Shown piece after piece: positions 35,015 through 44,549 of a stretch of 64,000 nt of DNA. Numbering within the stretch: position 1 is the first letter of the stretch; each line of letters opens with the position of its first letter. Position numbers and translations under genes: made by a program. Below the pieces are notes generated by a model, which saw only the letters and a program-made list of their open reading frames with translations, was not told the DNA's origin and made no database searches. The DNA is from Candidatus Aminicenantes bacterium (lineage in GTDB: Bacteria; Acidobacteriota; Aminicenantia; UBA2199), in NCBI GenBank assembly GCA_016934745.1, contig JAFGSF010000005.1, forward strand, positions 39,829-103,828. Reading direction: 5' to 3'.

Positions 35015-36250
35015 TCAATCGATGGTTTTATAGGACAAGGCTTCCTTTAAATTGAAAAAATCACTGCCACGCGGCACATTGCGCAGTTTGGTCAGCAATG
35101 TCTGCGGATCGATCAGCTGTTCAAAGGGGACACCGACAATGGAAAAATTGTCCGAAACAGACACCATGCAGTCAAACTGCCTGTTCTTGAACAACTTGAA
35201 AGCCCCGAAGCCGAGCATACTGGCCAATACCACGTCAAAACTGATTGGCAGCGCGTTTCGCGTCTCGTAGCCGATCTGCTTGTAGATAATTTTCTTTTTG
35301 CGGCCGGTGCGTCGTTGGTAGATCGCTTCCGCGACATCGCGCAAGACCCTCCCCACTTCCGCCGCCCCCAGGATGACGTTGCCATGACGATCCTTCTCGG
35401 TCGGCCGGGATTTTTCCGGCAGCTTGTCGGCCAGCCCCTCGGCTACACAGATCACTCCATAATATTTGTCATTTTTTTCCCGCAACAGGATGGTATCAAC
35501 TATTTTTTCAGCCAGCTTTTCCAGGTCCAAAATGTCTTCTTCAACATCCTCGGTGGATACCATTTGTATCGCCTCACCGGCAATTCCGGCCGCGTAGGTC
35601 AGCCAGCCGGCTTTGCGCCCCATCAATTCGGCAATGAAATAGGACCCCGTGCTCTCGGCGTCGGCCTTGAGATTGAGCAGGGCTTCTTGGCTGGCTTGCA
35701 CGCTGCTCCAGTAACCGAAGGTCCAGGCAATGCCGAAATAGTCGTTGTCAATGGTCTTGGGGATATGGATAACCGGCAAACCGAGCCGGCTCAGGAAATT
35801 GGCGGTCTTCAGTGTGTCGTCGCCGCCGATGGTGATCAAACAACCAATGCCTAAGCTGTCCAATGCCTCGAGGATATTGCGCAACCTCTTGTTCTTTTCA
35901 GCATCGTCCAGGTCCTGGGGTGACTTGATCAGGCGGCCGGGATTGGCGCGCGAAGTTTTCAGGAATACCCCGCGCTGATTGCGAATTCTGGATATGGTGG
36001 CATCCAATACTTGGTAATGGACATTGGGCGACAGGCTATAACGGTTTTTGCTATCGTAATCCTCCAGGAACTCGAAGCCAAAAAAAAATCCGATGATGGG
36101 AATTCTGGCATTGATAAAGTTCAGGGCCACCGAAGAGATAACGGCATTGGCGGATGGCGCCGGTCCTCCGGAAAAAAGGATCGCTACTTTTTTATGAGCT
36201 TTGAAATCCAGCATGACGGCAATGATATCGGATTCGCTTTCCGCTGTCAA
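35015..36250 (-). CDS. pfp: Pyrophosphate-dependent 6-phosphofructokinase (PFK-A family)
   Basis: 'SGGPAPSANAVI'. 'ITIGGDDTL' has Asp instead of the ATP-PFK Gly. 'IPKTIDNDY' has Lys instead of Gly. Both are PPi-PFK signatures. Confidence 0.75.
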   Translation of the reverse strand: MTAESESDIIAVMLDFKAHKKVAILFSGGPAPSANAVISSVALNFINARIPIIGFFFGFEFLEDYDSKNRYSLSPNVHYQVLDATISRIRNQRGVFLKTSRANPGRLIKSPQDLDDAEKNKRLRNILEALDSLGIGCLITIGGDDTLKTANFLSRLGLPVIHIPKTIDNDYFGIAWTFGYWSSVQASQEALLNLKADAESTGSYFIAELMGRKAGWLTYAAGIAGEAIQMVSTEDVEEDILDLEKLAEKIVDTILLREKNDKYYGVICVAEGLADKLPEKSRPTEKDRHGNVILGAAEVGRVLRDVAEAIYQRRTGRKKKIIYKQIGYETRNALPISFDVVLASMLGFGAFKLFKNRQFDCMVSVSDNFSIVGVPFEQLIDPQTLLTKLRNVPRGSDFFNLKEALSYKTID

Positions 36251-36323
36251 GCGCCAGCAAACATCCCAAAACGGTTTAACTCAGCCCGGGATGAATCCCG
36301 ATCGTTGTGACCAGCGTGGCGGT

Positions 36324-37703
36324 TCAAACGAGCGGTATTCTCAAGCCGATGAAGATATCCGCCGCCTGGGTTTGGCCGCTGACCAGTGTACTGAAGAGCG
36401 AAGACGACCCGATGAGTAATGGACCCAGCTTAAGGCCTATTCCCAAGCGAAATCCGCCCAAGCCGCCGATGGAACCTGGAATATAAATTCCCAACCAGGG
36501 TTTCTCAATCCGCAACGAAAAATAACTCATGGTCCGCTGGTGAATTCGATACGAATCGCCTTTGCCGCCGCTCAGAGCGATGACCGGATTCAAGTTGAAA
36601 TAGATGCCCTTGAAAATCCTGACATCCACATTCGCATTGATCCTGGCCGGCAAATCCATGGTGAATTTGCCGTTGTCGCTGGGATCGGGAGTGACACCGG
36701 CAATGTTGTTGAGAACCGCGTTGATGTCCGCCTGATTTTCGATGGCATCGAAAACAACGATATCCAGCACATCCACATCGGCATTGAAGTTGCGAGATCC
36801 CAGCTTCTTCTGGTACGTAATGCCTCCCAGGTCCAGAATGGCAAAGCCAATTTTGAATTTGTAATCACTGGATTGCGTCGATTCCCCATTAATGTCCGCT
36901 TCGCCGGTCGCCCCGGACGGGTAGTACTCATACACAGCGCCGATATCCAAACCCACACCCATGGCTTCATTTTTCAGCCAACTATTGTTATCGTTGCCCC
37001 AGGTCAAATTCTGAGTATGTCCGTAGGCAATCTCGGCGGTGACTTTGTCGACAATATCATTGGCAATTTCCAACTGGCTTTGAAAATTACGGACCGTCAA
37101 GGCATAAGCGCCAACACCTTGCAAAAGTTTCAACGTGATGCCGGATCTGAGCCGGTGCGAGCCGCGATTGATCAGCAATCGCCCGTAAGTGAAAGCGTAT
37201 TCTATCCAGTTGTTGGCATTAATGGAAGTATAATCGCTGGAAAAAGAATAATTATTCGCCCCGGCACCCAGCAGGACATCGTACAGCATATTGGCGGCAT
37301 CCAGCGGGATGTCATCCACATTGATCAGAACCCGATTTTTTGTTGAGAATGCCAGGGCGTCTTTAGCCGAGAGCCTCATCAAAAAAGAAGGCCCGATGGC
37401 TTCCACATTGAAAAGGGCACTCGCATTTTTCACTGACTGATTCGGCTTCAGGACATCTTTAATATCCGCTCCACTGGATAATTCACTCTGGTGCATGGAT
37501 AGATAATTATTGTCAGCAGTAACGGACACGGAAAACAAATGGATATCGTACTTCAGGTCGAAGGAAAAAGTATTGGCCGGATTCTGGGACACGGCCAGTA
37601 CCCCCCCCCATTTGGACGTGTTGAAACCCACGCTTTCCTGGGCGAGAACCGGAAGGGCAATCAAGAAGACGAACATGAAAACTGAAAAAAGCGATCTTTT
37701 CAT
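36324..37703 (-). CDS. Putative outer-membrane beta-barrel protein with signal peptide (unknown family)
   Basis: 'MKRSLFSVFMFVFLIALPVLAQE' signal peptide; alternating amphipathic strands; Gly/aromatic-rich. Confidence 0.5.
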   Translation of the reverse strand: MKRSLFSVFMFVFLIALPVLAQESVGFNTSKWGGVLAVSQNPANTFSFDLKYDIHLFSVSVTADNNYLSMHQSELSSGADIKDVLKPNQSVKNASALFNVEAIGPSFLMRLSAKDALAFSTKNRVLINVDDIPLDAANMLYDVLLGAGANNYSFSSDYTSINANNWIEYAFTYGRLLINRGSHRLRSGITLKLLQGVGAYALTVRNFQSQLEIANDIVDKVTAEIAYGHTQNLTWGNDNNSWLKNEAMGVGLDIGAVYEYYPSGATGEADINGESTQSSDYKFKIGFAILDLGGITYQKKLGSRNFNADVDVLDIVVFDAIENQADINAVLNNIAGVTPDPSDNGKFTMDLPARINANVDVRIFKGIYFNLNPVIALSGGKGDSYRIHQRTMSYFSLRIEKPWLGIYIPGSIGGLGGFRLGIGLKLGPLLIGSSSLFSTLVSGQTQAADIFIGLRIPLV

Positions 37704-37738
37704 TTTCCCTCTCTTGTTGAATTTGGCATAAATATACC

Positions 37739-38815
37739 TTAGGCAGCTGAAAGTTTCAGTATTTCAATGAGCATGGCCAAAGCCTTCTCCATATCCGCGA
37801 CATGAATATGCTCGCTGGTGGAATGCTCGTCGCGGGCGCCGATGCCGACAACCGCCATTTCAATGCCCTGGTTGTTATAAATGGAGGCATCGGTGAAGCC
37901 GGTAATGAACGTGGTCTTGGCCTGGATGCCGACCGTCGCCAGTGCCTTTTGAGCCGTGACCACAGTCCAGGCATCGGGGGGAATCTGCACGGCGCGGCAG
38001 AGATTATTAGTTTTGATGTCAACCTGGGCGCCGGCTGCAGCCGTTTCGCGGCGTATAATGTCCTCCATTTCAGTAGCCAGGGCCTGGGCCTTGTCATGCT
38101 GCAGGCTGCGGCACTCGGCCAGGAAAGAAGCCGAATCGGGAACCCCGTTACGGATTATGCCGCCCTTGAATACGCCGACATTGGCCGTGGTTTCGTGATC
38201 CAGACGCCCCAAACGCAGGGCGGCAATGGCCTTGGCAGCGGCGAGGATGGCGTTGACGCCTTTTTCGGGCTCCATGCCGGCATGGGCCGAACGACCCTTG
38301 ATATCGACATCGATGGCGAAATAGGAAGGACCGCCGATAACGATGGTATCGAGAGTGTCGTTGTCCAGCAGAAAGCCGCGCTTGGCGCTCAGCAGGCTGA
38401 AATCCAGGTTTTTAACGCCCAGCAGACCCACTTCCTCCTGGCGGCTGATGGCCACTTCAAGCGGCGGCCGCACTTCGGCCAGGCGCAGCGCTTCGAGCAT
38501 TTCGGCAATGCCGGCCTTGTCGTCGGCGCCCAGGATGGTATCGCCCTGGGAACGTATTACGCCGTCCTCGATTTTCGGCTGGATGCCCCGGCCGGGCATG
38601 ACCGTATCGGCATGGCAGGAAAGGAGAATCGCTTCTTTGCTGGAGCTATTTTTAGGAGAGATTCTGGCCACCAGGTTGCCGTAATCATCGGTACGGGCAT
38701 CGGCACCCAATTTTTTGAATTCAGCCAGGAGATAATCGATGAAACAGGCTTCGTTGCCCGATTCGCTGTCTATGCGGACCATTTCTATGAACTGTTGGAT
38801 CATTCTTTCATTCAT
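37739..38815 (-). CDS. M20-family metallopeptidase (PepT-like)
   Basis: 'LLSCHADTVMPG' and 'GADDKAGIAEMLEAL' metal-binding blocks. Confidence 0.7.
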   Translation of the reverse strand: MNERMIQQFIEMVRIDSESGNEACFIDYLLAEFKKLGADARTDDYGNLVARISPKNSSSKEAILLSCHADTVMPGRGIQPKIEDGVIRSQGDTILGADDKAGIAEMLEALRLAEVRPPLEVAISRQEEVGLLGVKNLDFSLLSAKRGFLLDNDTLDTIVIGGPSYFAIDVDIKGRSAHAGMEPEKGVNAILAAAKAIAALRLGRLDHETTANVGVFKGGIIRNGVPDSASFLAECRSLQHDKAQALATEMEDIIRRETAAAGAQVDIKTNNLCRAVQIPPDAWTVVTAQKALATVGIQAKTTFITGFTDASIYNNQGIEMAVVGIGARDEHSTSEHIHVADMEKALAMLIEILKLSAA

Positions 38816-38883
38816 TTTTCACCTTGCCTTTGTTTCTTATAATTATTGTATAGAACTAAGAACATTTTGTAAACAGAAAGATT

Positions 38884-39300
38884 TTGGTGTATAAAGGAGT
38901 CATGAAAGATTTCAATGATGATCAAAACTGTTTTGTTTGCGGCATGGGGAATATGGCCGGACTCAAGATCGAATTCCATCAAGATTCCCAGAGCCAGGAA
39001 ACCACGGCTGAGGTCATATTTCCAAAGCATCTGCAAGGCTGGCAGGACACCGTTCACGGCGGTTTGCTGGCCACGGTACTGGACGAGACCATGATCAAAT
39101 CGGCGGCCGCTTCAGGGATCAAGTGCGTCACCGCTGAAATCACCGTCAAATATAAAAAACCGGCTATGACCGGGACGGCCTATCATGTTTTCGGAAAGAC
39201 GCTGGAAAATCGCGGGCGGATAATCACCGCCGAGAGCCGCCTCACTGACGCCGCCGGACAGGTTTATGCCCAGGCAACGGGGAAATTGTTTAAAATATGA
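38884..39300 (+). CDS. Hotdog-fold thioesterase (PaaI/YbgC-like)
   Basis: 'VHGGLLATVLDETM' catalytic region; the alternative ATG 38902 is preceded by AAGGAG. Confidence 0.7.
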   Translation: MVYKGVMKDFNDDQNCFVCGMGNMAGLKIEFHQDSQSQETTAEVIFPKHLQGWQDTVHGGLLATVLDETMIKSAAASGIKCVTAEITVKYKKPAMTGTAYHVFGKTLENRGRIITAESRLTDAAGQVYAQATGKLFKI

Positions 39301-39411
39301 AAACATTGCATTTTTTATATTTTAACATACGGTAGGGGTTCAATCCGAGATCATACGAGCTTTAAGACAGTCGCTACATCGTGGTTCCAAAAGTATTTTC
39401 AACCGCCTAGT

Positions 39412-40461
39412 TTAAAAGGTCTTGGTTAGTTCGAATATTTCCTGCGGAAATATTTTTTTAAAGCAACTTCGGTGACGGCATTCGGGGAATGCACCGTCAT
39501 GATAACAGGGGGAGCATTCCAGATCCTCCCCTTTCCAGACGACGATATTGCCGGCAGTGAGCGGTTTTTTTTCCTCGGGATGGGTCGGCCCAAAAATGGC
39601 AATGATTTTCGCACCGACGGCATCAGCCAGATGCATCAAGCCCGAATCGTTGCTAACCACCAACCGGGATTTTTTCAACAACACGGCGGCTTCGCTCAAG
39701 CTGGTTTGACCGCAGAAATCAATTACCTGCGGCTGTGCCTCAATGATCAGCCGGGAAATCTTTTGATCGCCGCGGCTACCCAGCAGCACCACCTGGCGGC
39801 CGGAAGCAACCAACAAGCCGGCCAGGGCGGCAAAGTTTTCAGTTCCCCAGCGCCGGCTGTCCATTTCCTCCTTGACGTTAGCGGCCCCGCCGGGGACCAG
39901 GACCACGTAATCGCTGATCTGTTTTTCCCGCAAAAATTTTGCCTCGGCAGCATTAACGGCATCCGCCCCAACCAGAAATTCCATTTTAAAATCCAGGCAA
40001 AAAATACCCTGCGTCTTCAATAGGTCACAGTAATGAAAGATATGGTGTTTGACACCTTCAACAGCGACACGGGTAGTCAAGAGCCTTGATTTTCGGCCGC
40101 GGGCAAAGCCGATCCTTTTTTTGCAGCCTGCTAAAAAAAGAATGATGTTGAAACGCCAGTCGCGGTGAAAATTGAAGCCCAGGTCTATTTTTTCACGACG
40201 CAGACGCCATGATATTTTCAACACTTCCCACAACTTGGCCAAGAAAGCGCCCCTGAAAATCCTGGCATCGTCCAGGGTGTAGATCTGGTCGAGATGGGGA
40301 TTACCTTCGACCACAGGGACAATGGACAAACCGGCCAACAGGATAACCCGGTCGACGGCAGGATTGAGTTTGAGTGCCCGCAACGCCGGAGTTGCCATCA
40401 GGAAATCACCGATGGCCGCTATTTTTACTACCAGGACATTCACCCTGGGAACTCCCGCCAA
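39412..40461 (-). CDS. Glycosyltransferase family 9 (ADP-heptose:LPS heptosyltransferase-like)
   Basis: 'VLVVKIAAIGDFLMATPALRALK' N-terminus typical of RfaF/RfaC/RfaQ. Confidence 0.8.
   Translation of the reverse strand: MAGVPRVNVLVVKIAAIGDFLMATPALRALKLNPAVDRVILLAGLSIVPVVEGNPHLDQIYTLDDARIFRGAFLAKLWEVLKISWRLRREKIDLGFNFHRDWRFNIILFLAGCKKRIGFARGRKSRLLTTRVAVEGVKHHIFHYCDLLKTQGIFCLDFKMEFLVGADAVNAAEAKFLREKQISDYVVLVPGGAANVKEEMDSRRWGTENFAALAGLLVASGRQVVLLGSRGDQKISRLIIEAQPQVIDFCGQTSLSEAAVLLKKSRLVVSNDSGLMHLADAVGAKIIAIFGPTHPEEKKPLTAGNIVVWKGEDLECSPCYHDGAFPECRHRSCFKKIFPQEIFELTKTF
39434..39459 (+). terminator. Rho-independent terminator (9-bp stem AATATTTCC/GGAAATATT, 3-nt loop, T5) inside the 3' end of the convergent heptosyltransferase CDS
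   Basis: Perfect inverted repeat plus T-run seen in sequence; U-tract on the plus strand only. Confidence 0.5.
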
Positions 40462-41375
40462 TAATCAAGCAGGTCGAGCAATGTCTTTTCCATGGCAATT
40501 TCCGGGCGCAAGCCGAATTCGCCGCGTATGCGTGAGGGATCGCCGTTAATCTGCGGATTGTCCAGAGGCCTGAATTTAGCGGCATCGACCTCCACTCGTA
40601 TCGGCTTTGCCGCCTGGGCAAGCAAAACATCGAGAATCGTTTTAATCGAGTAACTGCAGCCTGAACATAAATTATATACTTCTCCGCCCTGCCCCTTCTG
40701 GCCCAGTACCCATACAAATCTAGCTATGTCACGAACATCGGAAAAATCTCGTACAGCTGCCAGGTTGCCGACGCGGATAACGGCTTTTTGTCTGCCTTTT
40801 TCAATGGCAGCGATCTGGCTGGCGAAATCGGAAGCCACGAATTTAGCATCCTGGCCTGGACCGGTAAAATTAAATGCCCTGAGCTTGCAGACATTCAAGC
40901 CGTGTGCTTTCCAGTACAAGTCGCCCAGCATTTCCATGGCCAGTTTGGAGACAGCGTAAGGATTCTGGCTTTCAACCGGACTAGCCTCATGGATGGGTGT
41001 TTCCCCACCACCGCGATATACTTCTGCTGAACTCATCAACACCACCCGGGCATGGGGCATTACCGGCAAAATAGCTTCGAGCAGATTGGAGCTGCCCATG
41101 AAATTGACTTCATAGGTCATCGCGGGGTTCTTCCAGGCAAATCCGACATGGGTTACCGCCGCCAGATGATAAATGACATCGGGGCGAATGGAAGCCACCA
41201 TATGCAGCACATCGTCGCGTCGACGGATATCCACCTGGCTGACCTCGACCTGCGGGTAACTGAATCCAGGCACTTCGGTCATGCCGAACACCTTATTTTC
41301 ATTGTCGCGTGCCAATAATTTCAGCAGATGTGAAGCTAAAAATCCCGAGCAACCGGTAAGCAAGATCTTATTCAT
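40440..41375 (-). CDS. NAD-dependent epimerase/dehydratase (extended SDR; nucleotide-sugar modifying)
   Basis: 'ILLTGCSGFLASHL' Rossmann motif; 'YAVSK' YxxxK; overlaps the GT9 gene by 22 nt. Confidence 0.8.
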   Translation of the reverse strand: MNKILLTGCSGFLASHLLKLLARDNENKVFGMTEVPGFSYPQVEVSQVDIRRRDDVLHMVASIRPDVIYHLAAVTHVGFAWKNPAMTYEVNFMGSSNLLEAILPVMPHARVVLMSSAEVYRGGGETPIHEASPVESQNPYAVSKLAMEMLGDLYWKAHGLNVCKLRAFNFTGPGQDAKFVASDFASQIAAIEKGRQKAVIRVGNLAAVRDFSDVRDIARFVWVLGQKGQGGEVYNLCSGCSYSIKTILDVLLAQAAKPIRVEVDAAKFRPLDNPQINGDPSRIRGEFGLRPEIAMEKTLLDLLDYWREFPG

Positions 41376-41444
41376 GGTTCATTCACTGCGACCAGCTGCC
41401 GTCCTTGCAATTCCCTTTTTATTTAGCATGGAATCATCCCGGCC

Positions 41445-43640
41445 CTAAAAAAAAGGATTTCCCGTTCCAAAGTTTCCCAGAGTGGGGAATATCTTGTAGT
41501 CGCTTTGCAGCTTCCCATTCAGCAAGTAAAGGCTGAAATTGGCGTTGATGGTGATGCACTGGAAATCAAATGTGGCCTTCAGATAACAGCCGGTAAACTG
41601 CTTGCGGATAAAATCATATTCGACATCAACCGTCATAAAAAATGGGAAACGGGGAATTTTCAGGCTCAGGTCGCCGCCAAGCAGAGACTGAACCGAAGGA
41701 TGGTCGGTTGGGCCATAAGGGCTGCAATATTTTCTATAATAAAATCCTCCCGTGAGCGGGGCATCCGGTTTGGCATAGTTCATATGGAAATTGACATTGT
41801 AAAGACGCCGGAACAAATCTGTCTGATAATAATTGTAAGAGAGTTGTGCCGTTAGCGAAAAATATTCACCGGGATTGAAATTCACGGTGCCGCTGAGATC
41901 GGAAAAAGCAGGATATTGCTCATTGATTTTCATTCCACGATTTGCCGTTTCCGGATCCAGATAAAAACTTTGTTCGATTTTCAACAAGAGCAGCTCACGC
42001 GGTGCTTCTCCCCCATCTTTTTTTTTCATCAACAGCCGAGAGACCAAAGAGAAAGTCGCCCGTGAAGAAAATCCAAAATCACCATCGCTGACCCGGATAA
42101 TGCGATCGCTGTTTTTAGCTTTAGTCGCATAAAAGAAATTGAAATTGGGTTCGATGACATGCAAATATTTATTGGCAGAAGCCGCGTAGCTGCGCGTGAA
42201 TGACGGCCCCTTGAGATTGACCTGCATGGTCTGATACTGCAGTGTGACGGGTTCATCGATAATCTCTCCCGTTTGTGGGTCAAGGCTGCGGGCATAAAAT
42301 GAATTGCGGGCACTGACAGCCAGGGATGATTTCAACCATGAGGCATTAATCAGATCCAATGTATAGCCAGGATCCATCCTTATTTTTTGGGATGGCTGGC
42401 CATAAATGAAGTCTGGCTGCACGGTCTGGACTTCGCCGCTACGCATGCTCCTTTCATAAGAAAGATAAAAGCTGAACCGGCCCGGGAAAGGACCCAACCT
42501 TTGAGGCTTCATGCTTAAGGAAAGGGCGGGGAACCTGTCATCCTTCTCGGATTCGTCTGTATTGATATTGTACGTTTGGCTACGCGAAGCAGCCATATTC
42601 AAAGTGAAAACTGAAAAATGGCTGGTCCATGATAAAGCGGAACGAAAAGTCATCAAATTGAATCGTTCAAATCCCGTGTCCAGATACCTCAATACCTCCG
42701 GAGCTCCAGGCAGACGCGACTGGATGGATAGCTGGGAATTGAGAAACGGAATATCCTGTTGATGGCTCATGTCCAGGACAAAATTATTGCCGTTCAGCTT
42801 CAAACGCTCAATATCTTCCGCACGGATCAGATTGTCGACGTCTGCTTTCACTCCAATGCCAGGAAACAAACTGAAAAAACGAATATTGCCGTTGGCATGA
42901 CGAAAAAGATAACGCAATTCCTCACTCAAACCCAAACCCAGATTCTGATAATAATCAAGATTCAGGGTCAGATCGATATTGGACTTGATCTCCCAAAAAA
43001 ACGAACTCTGGACAAAAAGACCGCGCAGCGATGAATTACCTACAGCGGGGATTAAGAAACCGGTGGAACGGCCATCCTTTTTGACCGGATAACGCAGGAA
43101 AGGCAGGAAAAAAACCGGGATATTTTTTATGCGAAACACCACATCCTGCAATTCAATGTATTTTTCTTTTTTTATTTTCCCCATGCGGCCGGTGATTTTC
43201 CAACGCGGAACAATCTGGGAACAGGAGGAGAAATCGAGGCGTTGAAAAGTCAGCGTCTCCGCGTCAACCTGGGTAATCTTGTCGGTCTGGTATCTGACAA
43301 AGGGACTCATCAGGCCGTAGGTATCGATCAGTTCGCCCGAACGTGTTTTTAAATTAAATTTCAATTTTTCACCGCTGAGAACCGAATCCTTACTGGTCAT
43401 GGTAACCCGGCCTTCTGCAAATAATTCCTTGCTCTTCTGGTTGAATTCGACGACATCGGCATAGATGATGTAATCCTGCCATATGATTTCCACGTTGCCG
43501 GAAGCTCTAAGGAAATCTTCGCGGATGATCTGATTATCGGCCCGAATTTGCGGAGCTTCGTCATCCGTTTGAGCCTTGAGCAGCCATGCGGACCCGCAAA
43601 GCATAAAAACAAGGGCGAATGTCACTGCATTTTTTTTCAT
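41445..43640 (-). CDS. lptD: LPS-assembly protein LptD (OstA)
   Basis: Signal peptide; OstA N-terminal domain 'IRADNQII...ASGNVEIIWQDYIIYADVVEF'; long beta-barrel C-terminus. Confidence 0.8.
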   Translation of the reverse strand: MKKNAVTFALVFMLCGSAWLLKAQTDDEAPQIRADNQIIREDFLRASGNVEIIWQDYIIYADVVEFNQKSKELFAEGRVTMTSKDSVLSGEKLKFNLKTRSGELIDTYGLMSPFVRYQTDKITQVDAETLTFQRLDFSSCSQIVPRWKITGRMGKIKKEKYIELQDVVFRIKNIPVFFLPFLRYPVKKDGRSTGFLIPAVGNSSLRGLFVQSSFFWEIKSNIDLTLNLDYYQNLGLGLSEELRYLFRHANGNIRFFSLFPGIGVKADVDNLIRAEDIERLKLNGNNFVLDMSHQQDIPFLNSQLSIQSRLPGAPEVLRYLDTGFERFNLMTFRSALSWTSHFSVFTLNMAASRSQTYNINTDESEKDDRFPALSLSMKPQRLGPFPGRFSFYLSYERSMRSGEVQTVQPDFIYGQPSQKIRMDPGYTLDLINASWLKSSLAVSARNSFYARSLDPQTGEIIDEPVTLQYQTMQVNLKGPSFTRSYAASANKYLHVIEPNFNFFYATKAKNSDRIIRVSDGDFGFSSRATFSLVSRLLMKKKDGGEAPRELLLLKIEQSFYLDPETANRGMKINEQYPAFSDLSGTVNFNPGEYFSLTAQLSYNYYQTDLFRRLYNVNFHMNYAKPDAPLTGGFYYRKYCSPYGPTDHPSVQSLLGGDLSLKIPRFPFFMTVDVEYDFIRKQFTGCYLKATFDFQCITINANFSLYLLNGKLQSDYKIFPTLGNFGTGNPFF

Positions 43641-43815
43641 TGATATTGAAATCTAACATACTTCACCCGGCCTAGGCAATAGATAAACACTTTTTTACCG
43701 ATAGTCCGCAATAATCGCCTGCCTGCCCTGACTACGAAATGTGCTTGATTAATCATACTGCGGCAAATCCCCACTTCAAACCCCGACCAGGCAACCTGAC
43801 GGTGAACGGAAATTA

Positions 43816-43833
43816 TGCTACTATATATGCATG
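43816..43833 (+). promoter_or_regulatory. Extended -10 promoter TGcTACTAT with predicted leaderless start at ATG 43831
   Basis: Hexamer ends 7 nt before the A of the ATG; no SD. Confidence 0.4.
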
Positions 43834-44517
43834 AAAAGAAAAAGAATAAGTCTGTTCTTGACGGTCTTGTTTTTTATCAGCTTGGGCGCTGCCTGCACCA
43901 TCAACCTTCCCTATGATGCTTTTGATGATCTTGACGGCATAACCGTCATGATGAAGATCGAACCCGATGATGCCGATGTACTGCTCAATGGCAGGTTAAT
44001 CGGAAGCGCTTACGAATTTTCCACCCCCCGATCCGCTCTAAGTCTGGCTTCACGGCAAAACGAACTGGTTTTCAAAAAGAAGGGTTATGACGAAGAAGCC
44101 ATCGACCTGCGTTCCTATTCATCACGGAATATCACATTGAAAATCGACCTCAACTTGCAAACGGCAGAAACCACCGCTGATCCAGTTGGCGAAGGCATTC
44201 CCGTCCGCGAAGCTGATGAAGCCTACGCGGCCAAAAGCGAGATCCCACCACCACCTCCGGCGGTTGAAAAACCGACCGCGGCTGAAGAACGTTTCCTGTC
44301 AACCGTGGTGCTGTCGGTTACTCCCGTTGAGACCGCCATTTATATCGATGGCAAGTTCTGGGGGCTGGCCCCGACCCGGGGCAAAATCGAGAATCTTCGC
44401 CTGCAGCCCGGGAAATACGTTTTCGAAGCATTCAAGCCTGGGTTCAAGGTCTTCAAAAAAGAAATCACGGTTCCCAAACAGCTTCAATTTACCTTGACCA
44501 TCACCCTGCAGAAATAG
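43831..44517 (+). CDS. Lipoprotein with two PEGA domains
   Basis: Lipobox 'SLGAAC'; 'DADVLLNGRLIGS' and 'IYIDGKFWGLAP' PEGA-like repeats. Confidence 0.65.
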   Translation: MKRKRISLFLTVLFFISLGAACTINLPYDAFDDLDGITVMMKIEPDDADVLLNGRLIGSAYEFSTPRSALSLASRQNELVFKKKGYDEEAIDLRSYSSRNITLKIDLNLQTAETTADPVGEGIPVREADEAYAAKSEIPPPPPAVEKPTAAEERFLSTVVLSVTPVETAIYIDGKFWGLAPTRGKIENLRLQPGKYVFEAFKPGFKVFKKEITVPKQLQFTLTITLQK

Positions 44518-44549
44518 GAATCCGCCCGGTCCGGTTCAGCAAATCCGCT

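Noticed and set aside
36540-37346. 268-aa ORF antisense to the outer-membrane protein gene
   Set aside because: Shadow ORF; low-complexity G/D/I-rich translation with no domain signal
37802-38842. 346-aa ORF antisense to the M20 peptidase
   Set aside because: Shadow ORF opposite a recognisable peptidase; no independent start signals
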